DNA of 64,000 bases from Candidatus Poribacteria bacterium (GTDB lineage: Bacteria; Poribacteria; WGA-4E; WGA-3G). The stretch covers positions 32,001 through 96,000 of the forward strand of contig CAXXUA010000015.1 in NCBI GenBank assembly GCA_963663765.2, read 5' to 3'. Below, in pieces: positions 9,974 through 20,387 of the stretch. Made by a program: the position numbers and the translations under genes. How positions within the stretch are numbered: position 1 is the stretch's first letter; each line of letters begins with the position of its first letter. The notes below the pieces were generated by a model that had not been told where the DNA came from, searched no databases, and worked only from the letters and a program-made list of their open reading frames with translations.

Positions 9974-11011
9974 ATGAGAAATGAAAAAGACCCAGGCATT
10001 CCACTCGGAGTACCGACCCTCACCTCAAATGATTTCAAATCCGATCAGGACGTACGCTGGTGTCCTCGGTGTGGAGATTACTCCATATTGGCTCAGACAC
10101 GTCGCATTATGCCAGAATTAGGTATCCCCAAAGAGAATATTGTATTTATTTCAGGCATTGGATGTTCAAGTCGGTTCCCATACTATATGAACACTTATGG
10201 GTTTCACACAATACACGGTAGAGCACCGACAATTGCGTCTGGAGTGAAAATGGCAAATCCTGACCTATCCGTATGGGTCATTACTGGGGATGGGGACGCA
10301 CTCTCAATCGGTGGCAATCATTTCATACATCTCATGCGTAGAAACTTTGATTTAAACGTATTGCTCTTCAACAACAGAATTTATGGTCTTACCAAAGGGC
10401 AATACTCACCCACTTCAGAGCAGGGAAAAAGCACATATTCGAGTCCTTTCGGATCGCTTGAAGCCCCTTTCAACCCTATTAGTCTTGCGCTTGCTGCAAG
10501 GGCAACCTTCGTGGCACGTTCACTTGACACAGATTCTACACACCTGCAAGCAACTATCAAAGCTGCGTTTGAACATAAAGGTACATCCTTCATTGAAATA
10601 TATCAGGACTGCTACGTCTTTAATGCACATGCATTCCAACTCTACACTGACAAATCAACCAAAGCTGACAATACTGTCAGACTTGAACATGGCGAACCGC
10701 TTCTCTTTGGTAAAGACAATGAACAAGGTATCCAATTGAAAAACTTCCAACCCGAAGTCACAACCGTTACAAACGGCACAGATGATCTTATCGTTCATGA
10801 TCAATATGCTGAGAACACAACATTAGCTAACTTTCTTGCACGAATGAGTGATATGCCTGATATGCCACACCCCATAGGCATCTTCCGAAGCGTTCAAAAA
10901 CCTTGCTACGAGGATATGATGGTTGACCAGATCGATTACGCAAAACAACAGAAAGGTGAAGGAAACATTCACGATCTCCTTAACGCAGGCGACACTTGGG
11001 TCGTTGAGTAA
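9974..11011 (+). CDS. korB: 2-oxoacid:ferredoxin oxidoreductase beta subunit
   Basis: WCPRCGD, SGIGCS, HGRA, TPP motif GDGD...NNRIYGLTKGQ. Confidence 0.92.
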   Translation: MRNEKDPGIPLGVPTLTSNDFKSDQDVRWCPRCGDYSILAQTRRIMPELGIPKENIVFISGIGCSSRFPYYMNTYGFHTIHGRAPTIASGVKMANPDLSVWVITGDGDALSIGGNHFIHLMRRNFDLNVLLFNNRIYGLTKGQYSPTSEQGKSTYSSPFGSLEAPFNPISLALAARATFVARSLDTDSTHLQATIKAAFEHKGTSFIEIYQDCYVFNAHAFQLYTDKSTKADNTVRLEHGEPLLFGKDNEQGIQLKNFQPEVTTVTNGTDDLIVHDQYAENTTLANFLARMSDMPDMPHPIGIFRSVQKPCYEDMMVDQIDYAKQQKGEGNIHDLLNAGDTWVVE

Positions 11012-11105
11012 TATTGACATAACCTACTCGTTGGAGGGGTTTCCAACCCCGTTTTGATTTGGATATTCGAGAGAAAATCCTGGTTCAGACAAAGGAAAAA
11101 TCTGA

Positions 11106-12593
11106 ATGGCAAAAAAACCAAACATCCTTTACATAATGACAGACCAACAGCGTTTTGACACTGTCGGTGCACTCGGAAATCCAATCATACAAACACCCGC
11201 ATTGGATAGAATTGTCCGTGAAGGAACAAGTTTTACCTCTGCATACTGTCCATCACCGGTCTGTGTTGCTTCCCGTTGCAGTTTCCTGCTAGGACAGTGG
11301 CCCCATCAAACGGGATGCACAACAAATTCTGCGATGCCGCAAGACCGAACTTCTGTTATGGATATGCTCAATGAAGACGGTTATCAAACACACGGTATCG
11401 GTAAAATGCACTTCACCCCACAAGGAAACAAATTGTGGGGATTTGAATCCAGAGATGTTTCAGAGGAAGGTTCTGGTAACAACGACTTTACGCAGTCACT
11501 ACGAGAAAACGGATATGACCATATTATCGCTCCCCACGGGGAACGAAGCGAATACTACTATATTCCACAACCTTCTCAACTCCCAGCAAGGTTACACCAT
11601 ACGCAATGGGTGGGTGATAAGACTTTGCAGTTCCTTTCACAACGCAATTCTGATAGACCTTTCCTGTGTTGGTCCAGCTTCATAAAACCGCATCCGCCGT
11701 TTGAATCACCTGTGCCATGGAACAGATTATACCGTACTGTAGAGATGCCGTTGCCATTCCTACCCCCAAACTATGAAGAACTGCACACACACTGGAATCG
11801 CCATCAGAATAGATACAAATACCGAGATCAAGGCATGGACATGAACCTTCTTCGGACAATGCGTGCAGCGTACTACGCAGCAATTTCGTATATAGATTAT
11901 CAGGTAGCACGCATGCTTGACTACCTTGAATCCGAAGGTGAGCTTGATAATACTCTGATACTATTCACTTCCGATCATGGGGAGCTGCTTGGAGACTATG
12001 ATTGCTACGGCAAACGTTCATACTTAGATGCTGCTGCCCGTATACCACTCCTTGTTCGGTATCCAGAAAGGTTTACTGCTAACAACCAGTGCGACACACC
12101 AACAAGTCTTGTGGATGTCCTCCCGACCTCTCTTGCTGCAGCAGGATTGACAACACCTTCAGATCGTTGCGGCACTGACCTTGCAGAAATCGGTTCAGGT
12201 AATGTAGAACGGGATGCAATTATCGGTCAGTTATCACAGGAAAGCAGAGGTTTATATGCGCTTATTACTAATGATTACAAATACACCTACTCCGCTGCTG
12301 ACCGAAAAGAGTGGCTATTCAGACGACTTGCCGGTAGACTTGATGAACGCAATCTTGCAGGCAACCCAGCTTATGGTAGAACGCTTAGAACCTATAGGGA
12401 TCGGTTAATTAGTTGGTTCCGTGAAGATGGTTATGACCTTCCTCTTGACGGAAATAGATGGCGTGAATTTCCACAACCCGTGGATAACGAAAATCCAGAT
12501 GCAGACCAACTTTTCCAAGATGGACGTTCTTCAACTGATCAATTTCCACCAGGATATTCGCCACATATCGATCCCATCAAAGGGCATACTTAA
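11106..12593 (+). CDS. sulfatase (formylglycine type)
   Basis: PNILYIMTDQQR, CVASR (CxxxR), GKMH, PHPP, SDHG. Confidence 0.92.
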   Translation: MAKKPNILYIMTDQQRFDTVGALGNPIIQTPALDRIVREGTSFTSAYCPSPVCVASRCSFLLGQWPHQTGCTTNSAMPQDRTSVMDMLNEDGYQTHGIGKMHFTPQGNKLWGFESRDVSEEGSGNNDFTQSLRENGYDHIIAPHGERSEYYYIPQPSQLPARLHHTQWVGDKTLQFLSQRNSDRPFLCWSSFIKPHPPFESPVPWNRLYRTVEMPLPFLPPNYEELHTHWNRHQNRYKYRDQGMDMNLLRTMRAAYYAAISYIDYQVARMLDYLESEGELDNTLILFTSDHGELLGDYDCYGKRSYLDAAARIPLLVRYPERFTANNQCDTPTSLVDVLPTSLAAAGLTTPSDRCGTDLAEIGSGNVERDAIIGQLSQESRGLYALITNDYKYTYSAADRKEWLFRRLAGRLDERNLAGNPAYGRTLRTYRDRLISWFREDGYDLPLDGNRWREFPQPVDNENPDADQLFQDGRSSTDQFPPGYSPHIDPIKGHT

Positions 12594-12599
12594 TAACTT

Positions 12600-12792
12600 C
12601 AGGACTTACGCAGTATTCTTGATTTAATCAAGAATTATGATGAAAATGATGCAATTATCAACATTTTTATGGGTTTCCGGCGCCAAATCAAGTAATCAAC
12701 GGTATGAATGCTATAAAGCGTTCCCCGGGTATGATTGCCTTTTGGCATTGCGCGCCTACAAAGCGCGCCTACCGTTGTGTGCGTAAGTCTTG
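12600..12792. mobile_element. family A MITE (CAGGACTTACGCA TIRs) with nested hairpin mini-elements
   Basis: TIRs caggacttacgca / tgcgtaagtcttg; flanks taactt / taacta. Confidence 0.8.
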
Positions 12793-12840
12793 TAACTAAT
12801 AATACTACTCCTCAATGTCAGGTTTAAACACTTTGTTGAT

Positions 12841-13923
12841 TTGAAATCAATCCATTCTTTTAATACAACTATTATTAATCCAGTAGTTCAACTTAGACAA
12901 CTACTCCGTGATCTATTGCCGTCGCTGCTTGCTATCTGCGGCTTTTTTCTTTTATGTGGCGTTGTATTGTATTGTAGTGGACGGAATCCTTTGGATTTTT
13001 ACACGACGATTTATATGAGTGGGTTCTCCAGTTTTGATGAATTTGGAGGCGTCCTGTTCTATGCAACTCCACTTATATTTACAGGACTTGCAGTTGCAAT
13101 TGGTTTCAATGGGGGTATGTTAAATATAGGTTGTGAAGGACAGTTAAATGTCGCTGCCTTTGCTGCTGCGTTGGTTGGTATACATATACAACTTCCCTTT
13201 ATGCTGTTAGTTCCTTTTTGCATTGTAGCTGCATTAGTTGCAGGTGGTACTTGGGGTGCGATTCCAGGATTACTGAAAGCGAAATTCGGTGCACATGAAG
13301 TTATCAATACGATAATGATGAACTTTATTGCAGCAATACTAACGAATTTCCTTATCACATCCATTTTTCAAGAACCTGGACAGATGAATCTGCAGACATC
13401 CCCGATTCAAGATACCAGTCGACTTCCACGTATATCTGGCGTATTGACCCTCCTGCCAGATGATAACTTGTTGAATGTCAGTTTCCTCCTTGCATGTGCC
13501 TGTGTGATAATTGTATACATATTTTTGAAGTGGACGCGTTGGGGATATGAACTCCGTTTAGTTGGTAAGGCACCAGAAGTAGCTGAATATGGAGGGATTA
13601 ATCCGCGTGTCGTGATTGTTTGGGTGATGTTGCTCAGCGGTGCAATTGCTGGATTAGCAGGTGTTGCAGATGTCATGGGATATAACTATAGATATGTATA
13701 TAGTTTCTCGTCGGGTTGGGGGTTCACGGGGATTGCTGTTGCACTATTGGGCAAAAATCATCCGTTTGGTGTATTTGCAGCTGCGCTCTTATTTGGTTTG
13801 CTTGATAAAGTAGCTTTGGATATTGAATTTCTGTTGGGAATACCTCGCGGTCTATTCTTAATCGGACAAGGATTACTAATTATTACATTGGTATGCCTTG
13901 AACGTCTATCTAAAAAAGTGTAG
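12841..13923 (+). CDS. ABC transporter permease (nucleoside/sugar type)
   Basis: LNIGCEGQ, HEVINTIMMNF, GFTGIAVALLG. Confidence 0.9.
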   Translation: MKSIHSFNTTIINPVVQLRQLLRDLLPSLLAICGFFLLCGVVLYCSGRNPLDFYTTIYMSGFSSFDEFGGVLFYATPLIFTGLAVAIGFNGGMLNIGCEGQLNVAAFAAALVGIHIQLPFMLLVPFCIVAALVAGGTWGAIPGLLKAKFGAHEVINTIMMNFIAAILTNFLITSIFQEPGQMNLQTSPIQDTSRLPRISGVLTLLPDDNLLNVSFLLACACVIIVYIFLKWTRWGYELRLVGKAPEVAEYGGINPRVVIVWVMLLSGAIAGLAGVADVMGYNYRYVYSFSSGWGFTGIAVALLGKNHPFGVFAAALLFGLLDKVALDIEFLLGIPRGLFLIGQGLLIITLVCLERLSKKV

Positions 13924-13925
13924 AT

Positions 13926-14768
13926 ATGATTTTACAATTATTATCAAGTACTTTACGAATGACAACGCCATTAGGTTATGCGGCGTTAGGTGGTATTTAT
14001 TCTGAAAGGTCAGGTATCATCAATATTGCTCTTGAAGGAATGATGCTGCTTGGTGCTTTTGGATTTGTTGTAGGTGCGCATGCGACTCAATCTGCGTGGA
14101 TTGGGCTATGTGTTGGTATCGGATTTGGTTTATTCATTGCTCTGATATTTGCTGTAGCGACAATATCCTTTCATGGTGAGCAGATTGTCACGGGGATAGC
14201 GATTAACCTTATAGCGTTAGGAGTCATCAAGTATGTCGTTCCAACGAACGAACGAGTATCTGGTTTGCCAGAAATAGGGTTGCCCTTTATAGGTTCATAT
14301 AGTATTCTCGTATATCTATTGCCTTTGTTAATGATAGTCAGCCATATATTGTTATTCAAAACACCATGGGGATTACGTTTACGTGCTGCTGGAGAATCTA
14401 CGGTAGCACTCAATACACTCAGTTTAAGTCGTCCAAAGTGGCAATATCTTGGATTAATTCTCAGTGGTATTCTTGCAAGTATAGGGGGTTGTTTCCTAAT
14501 TTCTGATAATCATTATTTTACTGAAAGGATTATTGGTGGCCGTGGTTATGTTGCGCTTGCAGCAGTGATCTTTGGGAATTGGAAACCTTATACATCTATA
14601 GCGGCGAGCCTTCTTTTTGGGTTCTCAATTGTTGTAGGTCTTGCAAATCAATGGAAAATACCAATCCAACTCATTGAAAGTGTGCCTTATGTATTAACTA
14701 TGGTTGTGTTGGCAGGTCTTGTGGGTAAGTCAAGTCCTCCGGCTGCTTTAGGTAAGATGGAATCCTAA
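13926..14768 (+). CDS. ABC transporter permease (nucleoside/sugar type)
   Basis: SERSGIINIALEGMML, GLRLRAAGE, GRGYVALAAVIFGNW. Confidence 0.9.
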   Translation: MILQLLSSTLRMTTPLGYAALGGIYSERSGIINIALEGMMLLGAFGFVVGAHATQSAWIGLCVGIGFGLFIALIFAVATISFHGEQIVTGIAINLIALGVIKYVVPTNERVSGLPEIGLPFIGSYSILVYLLPLLMIVSHILLFKTPWGLRLRAAGESTVALNTLSLSRPKWQYLGLILSGILASIGGCFLISDNHYFTERIIGGRGYVALAAVIFGNWKPYTSIAASLLFGFSIVVGLANQWKIPIQLIESVPYVLTMVVLAGLVGKSSPPAALGKMES

Positions 14769-14819
14769 TTTTGATTTCAGATAAGGATCTAATTGGATAC
14801 AAGAGTAATGTCTCAGCAA

Positions 14820-17201
14820 TTAACTTTGTTCATCTGTGAGTTCATAATAAGCGGAATGTCTGTTGTAATATCCATAGGATTTCGCGTATCTTGGATTTAT
14901 CATATTACACAACACACCAATGCCCTTTCCTGGTAGGACTTCCTTTAGGTGTTTTAATCCAGTTAGCAGATCGAATTTTTTGGTCTTGGTGATGTCAAAC
15001 ACATATATGACAGCGTCTGCGACAGTAGCCAAGATGACAGGATCTGCTACTGCACGTACTGGTGGGGAGTCAATGACAATAATATCGTATTCAGATTTAG
15101 CCTGTTCCAACCAATCTGTCATCATATCGGAATTTAGGAGTTCAATTGGGTTAGGTGGAATCGTTCCTCCTGGTACAAGGTGTAAATTTGCAATACCTGT
15201 TTGTCGGACAGTAGACATTAGGACATCATAACTATTCTCGGAGTTGATACTTATGAGAGCCTCACTCAGACCGGGTTTGCGCGGATCACTGTGCGTGATG
15301 TCAAAAGAATCGTGGGTACTATCGACATCGTCTTGGTCTGTTATTTGAAGGAGTTGCTCTGTTGGAAAAGCGGTGTGTTGTGTAGGTCTGCGCATATCTG
15401 CATCTATCAACAGCACTTTGTTACCTTTTTGTGCCAATGCAGCAGCAAGGTTGGATGAAACAGTGCTTTTTCCTTCACCACGGGTAGAACTCGTGACGAG
15501 TACAGTTTTTAATTCACTGTTAAGATTAAGGAATGGTAATTTTGCTACAAGTACGCGAAAAGCTTCAGATGATATAGAACTGGGCGCATCATTTACAATG
15601 AGCGGAATTCTGTAGGAACTACTTTTTTTGATAGATGGAATTACACCGAGAAAACTTGGTGGTTCTGGTAAGGAATCTAATTGTCGGACAGAATCCTCAA
15701 GTCGCAGATAAGTATCTTTGAAATAATTTTTTGCAACAGCAAAGGTCATTCCAAGTAAACCTCCGACCAACGCCCCTAAAACAAGATTTATTTTCATACG
15801 TGGTTTGATGGGTTCTTCAGGTATTCGAGCTTGATCTAATACTCTTAGACTGTCTGTTCTTGTTTCATTTATTATTTGGGATTCCTGTATTTTTTTTTCT
15901 AATTCTACGACTTGTGCGTTGTATAGTTCAACATCGCGCTTGAGTCTGTACATTTCCAATTGTTCATCCGACCACCCACCTAGTTTTGCGATTTCCTTGT
16001 TTATTTGAGCAGTAGTTTCCTTCTTTTGTTGTTGAAGACTATCAATAGCGGCTTGAGCTTCGTTTACCTTTTCTGATAATGCTTGGTGTAATGGATTAAA
16101 GGAGGATGTAGTACTTATAGTTTCTTTTTCCTCCTCTTTGAGTCGAGCTTCAGTTTCTTTTATTTTTTCAATTATAGATGTAATTTCAGGATGAGCAACA
16201 TCACCATATTTACCTATCAATGCTTTTTTCTCAATTTCATAGTCATTTAAATTATCTTGTAGCTTTGCATAATTAGGATTTCTTGATTTCGTTTCCGAGA
16301 TAAGGTTTTCTTCAATCTTGTTAAGTTCATCTTTATATGCCACGAGTCTCAATTGAGCGCCAACCAATTGACTTGCGATAGTATTTTCATTCAACTGAAG
16401 AGCGACAATGAGTTGTGCTAGTGTTCCACCTTCAGTGTTTAGGGTGAGTTCAGGATTTTTCAGCTGAAAATCGAAAAGATTTTTTTCAGCTTTCTCAAGG
16501 TTCTTTTTAGCGTCATTTAGCATGGTTTGTGGTAGAGGCTTCTCCCACCATTGCATTTTTTCAGCATCTTCAATTGCTACAGTATCTATAAGTACCATTG
16601 AAATTCTGTTACATAATAATTGGGCACGTTCCGAACTATGTTGTGTAATCTTGAGAGTAATTACGTTTCCATCCGTAGATTCTTCAATTTTCATATCTTC
16701 TTCAATCAATGTTTTAATGAAGAAGTCTTCCCACTCATCTATAGTTAGATCACCCTGTTCAGTTGCAGTATCGTCTACTTCAATATTGAATAGATTTGCT
16801 AACCAATTAGCTGTTTTGCTTCTGTAAGCAGGAAGTGGTTCAAGAAGTCCTTCTGCTCGAAGTTGGTGTACTGTGGGAGCAATCACTAAGTCGCGTGATT
16901 GTAGTATAGTTGCGTAAGTACTCAATGAAGTGTTAGAAAAAATTCCAGATAATGGTAGTTGCGAGAGCAGAGAGGAGGTTGGTTGTCCTTGAAGGATACG
17001 GATTGTTGTTTCTGATTGATATGTTGGTTGCGTAAAATCGGTTACAAGATAAGCTCCAACTATACAAAAAAAACAGATTGCAATAACACTCCATTTATTC
17101 CGATAAAGTATCCAAAAATAATCAGTAATTTTAATTTCAGTAATTTGTTCAAGTTGCTTATCGTCTTTTTCTGGCATTTTCTCCCTCATCATCGTATCCA
17201 C
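14820..17201 (-). CDS. wzc: Wzc-type polysaccharide co-polymerase / BY-kinase
   Basis: Two TM segments, coiled coil, Walker A GEGKS, IDADMRRP, IDSPP, C-terminal Tyr cluster YAKSYGYY...YY. Confidence 0.92.
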   Translation of the reverse strand: MDTMMREKMPEKDDKQLEQITEIKITDYFWILYRNKWSVIAICFFCIVGAYLVTDFTQPTYQSETTIRILQGQPTSSLLSQLPLSGIFSNTSLSTYATILQSRDLVIAPTVHQLRAEGLLEPLPAYRSKTANWLANLFNIEVDDTATEQGDLTIDEWEDFFIKTLIEEDMKIEESTDGNVITLKITQHSSERAQLLCNRISMVLIDTVAIEDAEKMQWWEKPLPQTMLNDAKKNLEKAEKNLFDFQLKNPELTLNTEGGTLAQLIVALQLNENTIASQLVGAQLRLVAYKDELNKIEENLISETKSRNPNYAKLQDNLNDYEIEKKALIGKYGDVAHPEITSIIEKIKETEARLKEEEKETISTTSSFNPLHQALSEKVNEAQAAIDSLQQQKKETTAQINKEIAKLGGWSDEQLEMYRLKRDVELYNAQVVELEKKIQESQIINETRTDSLRVLDQARIPEEPIKPRMKINLVLGALVGGLLGMTFAVAKNYFKDTYLRLEDSVRQLDSLPEPPSFLGVIPSIKKSSSYRIPLIVNDAPSSISSEAFRVLVAKLPFLNLNSELKTVLVTSSTRGEGKSTVSSNLAAALAQKGNKVLLIDADMRRPTQHTAFPTEQLLQITDQDDVDSTHDSFDITHSDPRKPGLSEALISINSENSYDVLMSTVRQTGIANLHLVPGGTIPPNPIELLNSDMMTDWLEQAKSEYDIIVIDSPPVRAVADPVILATVADAVIYVFDITKTKKFDLLTGLKHLKEVLPGKGIGVLCNMINPRYAKSYGYYNRHSAYYELTDEQS

Positions 17202-17222
17202 TAATCACGTTTTTTTAATAGT

Positions 17223-17380
17223 CAGGACTTACGCACCCAACGGTAGGCGGGGAATGCCTAAATGGCATTCATACCGTTGATTTGGTGCTTTGTAAGCGCG
17301 CTGGAAACCGAAAAAATGTTGAAAATTACACCATTTTCGCCATAATTCTTCATCAAATCATGAAAACTGCGTAAGTCCTG
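17223..17380. mobile_element. family A MITE between wza and wzc
   Basis: Perfect 13-bp TIRs, AATAGT direct repeats, 36-nt mini-element at 17249-17284. Confidence 0.85.
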
Positions 17381-17522
17381 AATAGTATAACATGAACATT
17401 GTAAAAGCTTTTGTAGAGCAAACTGTTAGTTTACGTTCCACAGATGTACAAACTAACAGTTTGTACATCTGTGGCTTACCTTGCTTAAGGGGTTTTAGTT
17501 TGCATAGATCTATTTTGTTTAT

Positions 17523-18704
17523 TTATCTGTATCTGAGCCAAACGGTTACGATTACATTTGTGAGTGAAGCGGCGAAACTCAACACACGCCAATCAATTCG
17601 TGTTCGTTCTAATATTCGTAGTTGATCGTTTGGGTGAAGGTATACTTCAGACTGTACTAGGTTGAAGTTTAGTTCTTCTTGTGTACCGTTTGCTCTGGTT
17701 AATATACATTTTTTTGAGTTTGCTTTTTCCTCGTCTAAACCGCCAGCCATTGCTACAGCATCTCTAAGGAGTGTTGGCTCGGTAATAACATATTGTGCGG
17801 GTTTATCTACTGCTCCGACCACACTAATTTTTGCTTCAGCAAGTGGAACATATAAAGTATCTCCTGGTGCTAAAGTTGCAGCTACATTTTCCGTAGTCAG
17901 GTCAACAGGAGTATTTTCATTATCAGTAATAATTTCTGAGTTCTTTAAATCTGCGAAATCTGATCTGGAACCTCCTGCGAGTTTTAATGCTTGATCAGCT
18001 GGTATCTGTTGGTTTGTAATCGGGTAAAAACCTGGAGTGACAACAGCCCCTATAACGCGAATTCTGCGCTGTTGATAAATTGATGGGACAATCACGACAT
18101 CGTAATTCTTCAATGGGAAATCAGTTTCGTTTGATTCAATTATATCTTGAAAATCAACAGTTTTTATAACCTTTCCATCTCGCAAGATAGCAATTTTGGA
18201 AAGGTCTGCAAGTTCATAGTTGATTCCCGCTGCAGCCAATGCTTGTACCAGATAAACTTGCCCAGTTTCAAAGACGTGTACATTTCCTCTGGCTTTCGGT
18301 TCAACAGCCCCGAATACCAAAATATATCGTTTTGGTTGCATGAGGGTAACAAAGACTCTTGCACTCGGTAGTTTTTTTGAAAACCCTTTTTGCATTTGTG
18401 CTTGTAGTTCAGAAATTGTCAAACCAGAAGCTTTTACAAGTCCAATTAGAGGATAGGAGATAAAACCGTCAAGTTGTAGCGGTACAGGGATACGGTCTTT
18501 AGTATATTCAGGAAAACCCTCTACAGTAACAACGATGCTGTCACCAACTTGCAATTTGTATGTAGAAGTTTCAGGATATTGGGGACTATCTGTAACAATG
18601 TTTTCGTTGGATGGTGGTTCTGCAAATATTGTAGATGTAATACTGAACTGACCCGTAAATATCAGGATAAGAAATAAAAAACGACAGTATGAAGTCAAGT
18701 GCAT
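17523..18704 (-). CDS. Wza-like polysaccharide export protein with SLBB domains
   Basis: YKLQVGD, DGFISYPLIG.VKASGLT, repeated V.GAV..PG.Y SLBB motifs. Confidence 0.88.
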   Translation of the reverse strand: MHLTSYCRFLFLILIFTGQFSITSTIFAEPPSNENIVTDSPQYPETSTYKLQVGDSIVVTVEGFPEYTKDRIPVPLQLDGFISYPLIGLVKASGLTISELQAQMQKGFSKKLPSARVFVTLMQPKRYILVFGAVEPKARGNVHVFETGQVYLVQALAAAGINYELADLSKIAILRDGKVIKTVDFQDIIESNETDFPLKNYDVVIVPSIYQQRRIRVIGAVVTPGFYPITNQQIPADQALKLAGGSRSDFADLKNSEIITDNENTPVDLTTENVAATLAPGDTLYVPLAEAKISVVGAVDKPAQYVITEPTLLRDAVAMAGGLDEEKANSKKCILTRANGTQEELNFNLVQSEVYLHPNDQLRILERTRIDWRVLSFAASLTNVIVTVWLRYR

Positions 18705-19198
18705 TTATTTATTGTTGCCTTTTAAGTGGATTCTTCTTACAAATCTTTTGATTAATTTAGTGTTTTGATGTTTTTGAATTATATATTCTTCATAAATTCT
18801 TGTGAATTTGTTTTATGTATTTTAGCAGGTATATGGATAGAATTCAAGTGAAAAGGTGTGGACAGAGTTATTCAGATTTACCCATTATTCACATATTTGT
18901 TCGTTTTTTGTGTAGATAAAATAGAATTTTGCACTTGATTTGTCGCTATTACGAATTCTGCAAAACTGAACACGTGGTCTGAAATAACATACCGTGGTAT
19001 TTTATAAAAATTGGTTTTTAAACCAGTCGTAGTAAGGTATGAAAGCGTTTTTTCTAATACGTAATATTTTTTTGTAAGTTTCTTGTATGTCTGTTTTTTT
19101 ACTGGTGTCGTTGCTTTTTTGTATTGCTCTTTTTTATGAGAGGAATCACTGCAAATTGTTTGTGCGTTTCTTGAGATTTCCTATGAATATGCTACTAT

Positions 19199-19226
19199 TA
19201 AAACCGTACCGTACGGTACGGTTTTA
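19199..19226. promoter_or_regulatory. 28-bp perfect palindrome, putative protein-binding site
   Basis: TAAAACCGTACCGTACGGTACGGTTTTA is its own reverse complement. Confidence 0.5.
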
Positions 19227-19417
19227 CCGGTTTGAGGTGCGGTTTTGAAAACATGGAATGCGTCCAGTATCTATAAGGATTTATCGGGGTTTTTGTTGTG
19301 TTTTTTTGCTAAATTAATTTCATTTTTTGGTGCGGTTATTTTTGTGATATTTTGAGTATGGGTGTTGGTTTTGCATAGTGTTTTTTTGTATGCTTTTCTT
19401 TATGTATATATTATAAA

Positions 19418-19600
19418 CAGGACTTACGCACCGAACGGTAGGCGGAGAATGCCTAAAGGCGAATGCGCGTATGGCATTCGCCATGATTCATACCGTTGAT
19501 TTGGTGCTTTGTAAGCGCGCTGGAAACCTAAAAAATGCTGAAAATATCATCATTTTTCGTCGTAATTCTTGACTAAAACATGAAAACTGCGTAAGTCCTG
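19418..19600. mobile_element. family A MITE with doubly nested hairpin inserts
   Basis: TIRs caggacttacgca / tgcgtaagtcctg. Confidence 0.8.
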
Positions 19601-19873
19601 ATATATGATCTTTTATGGGTTTTGTAGTTTTTTGGGTGTCTGTTTATTGGGATATCCAATAGATTAGCAATAGATATCCATTGGGTTTTGGTTAGTAGTA
19701 TTTTTTTGAGGATTTTCAATACAAGAAATCATCGGGATGTATGCCAAAATGCATTCCCGTATGGTATTCCTCGGATTACGTGGAGTGCACGGAGTGTGTA
19801 CGGAATCGCAGATTACGCTGAGATGATACCTGCATGAAGACGTATGGCATAAATGATGGTTTGTCTAATCAAT

Positions 19874-20028
19874 CAGGACTTACGCACCCAACGGTAGGCG
19901 TGCTTTGTAGGCGGGGAATGCCAAAAGGCATTCATACCGTTGATTTGGCGCTGGAAACAGAAAATGCTGAAAATTACACCATTTTCGTCATAATTCTTCA
20001 TCAAATCATGAAAACTTCGTAAGTCCTG
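19874..20028. mobile_element. family A MITE
   Basis: TIRs, TCAAT direct repeats, mini-element at second internal site 19913-19947. Confidence 0.85.
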
Positions 20029-20139
20029 TCAATTATACCAAAATAACGGAAATCATCTTATTTTTATGGTTGCTGGTGTCGTTAGGAAACCGAACCTACC
20101 GCCGTGTATAAGTAATTATGGATTTTAGTATAAACACAA

Positions 20140-20345
20140 GCGCATTCCTGATTAACTCTCAGACATCTTTTGGGTTGCCATCTAATTCGCCATTGTTATG
20201 ACCTAAAAATTCTTGAACGGTATTACCATTTATTGTTCCAGCATCAAATGACCAATACTAACAACGCCATCTTTATTGAATTGGGATTCTGAGTATTGAC
20301 AGAAATAACACTATAAACTGAGTATGAAAATAACAACAAAACAGA
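20140..20345 (-). pseudogene. degraded N-terminal fragment of a LamG paralog
   Basis: 20171-20272 aligns to 20991-21093 of the neighbouring LamG gene with mostly third-position changes and a 1-nt deletion. Confidence 0.7.
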
Positions 20346-20387
20346 TCGTTGAATGCTTAATTATTCCTCTTGTTCCTAAGACACAAT

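Noticed and set aside
18960-19330. Weak resemblance of ~19250-19300 (minus strand) and ~45040-45080 to the 125-bp unit
   Set aside because: The similarity is too short and AT-rich to support without an alignment
20096-20103. GGCGGTAG (minus strand) as an ops/JUMPstart site for wza-wzc
   Set aside because: It lies ~1.4 kb upstream, within a REP-like remnant, and the following bases do not fit the ops consensus
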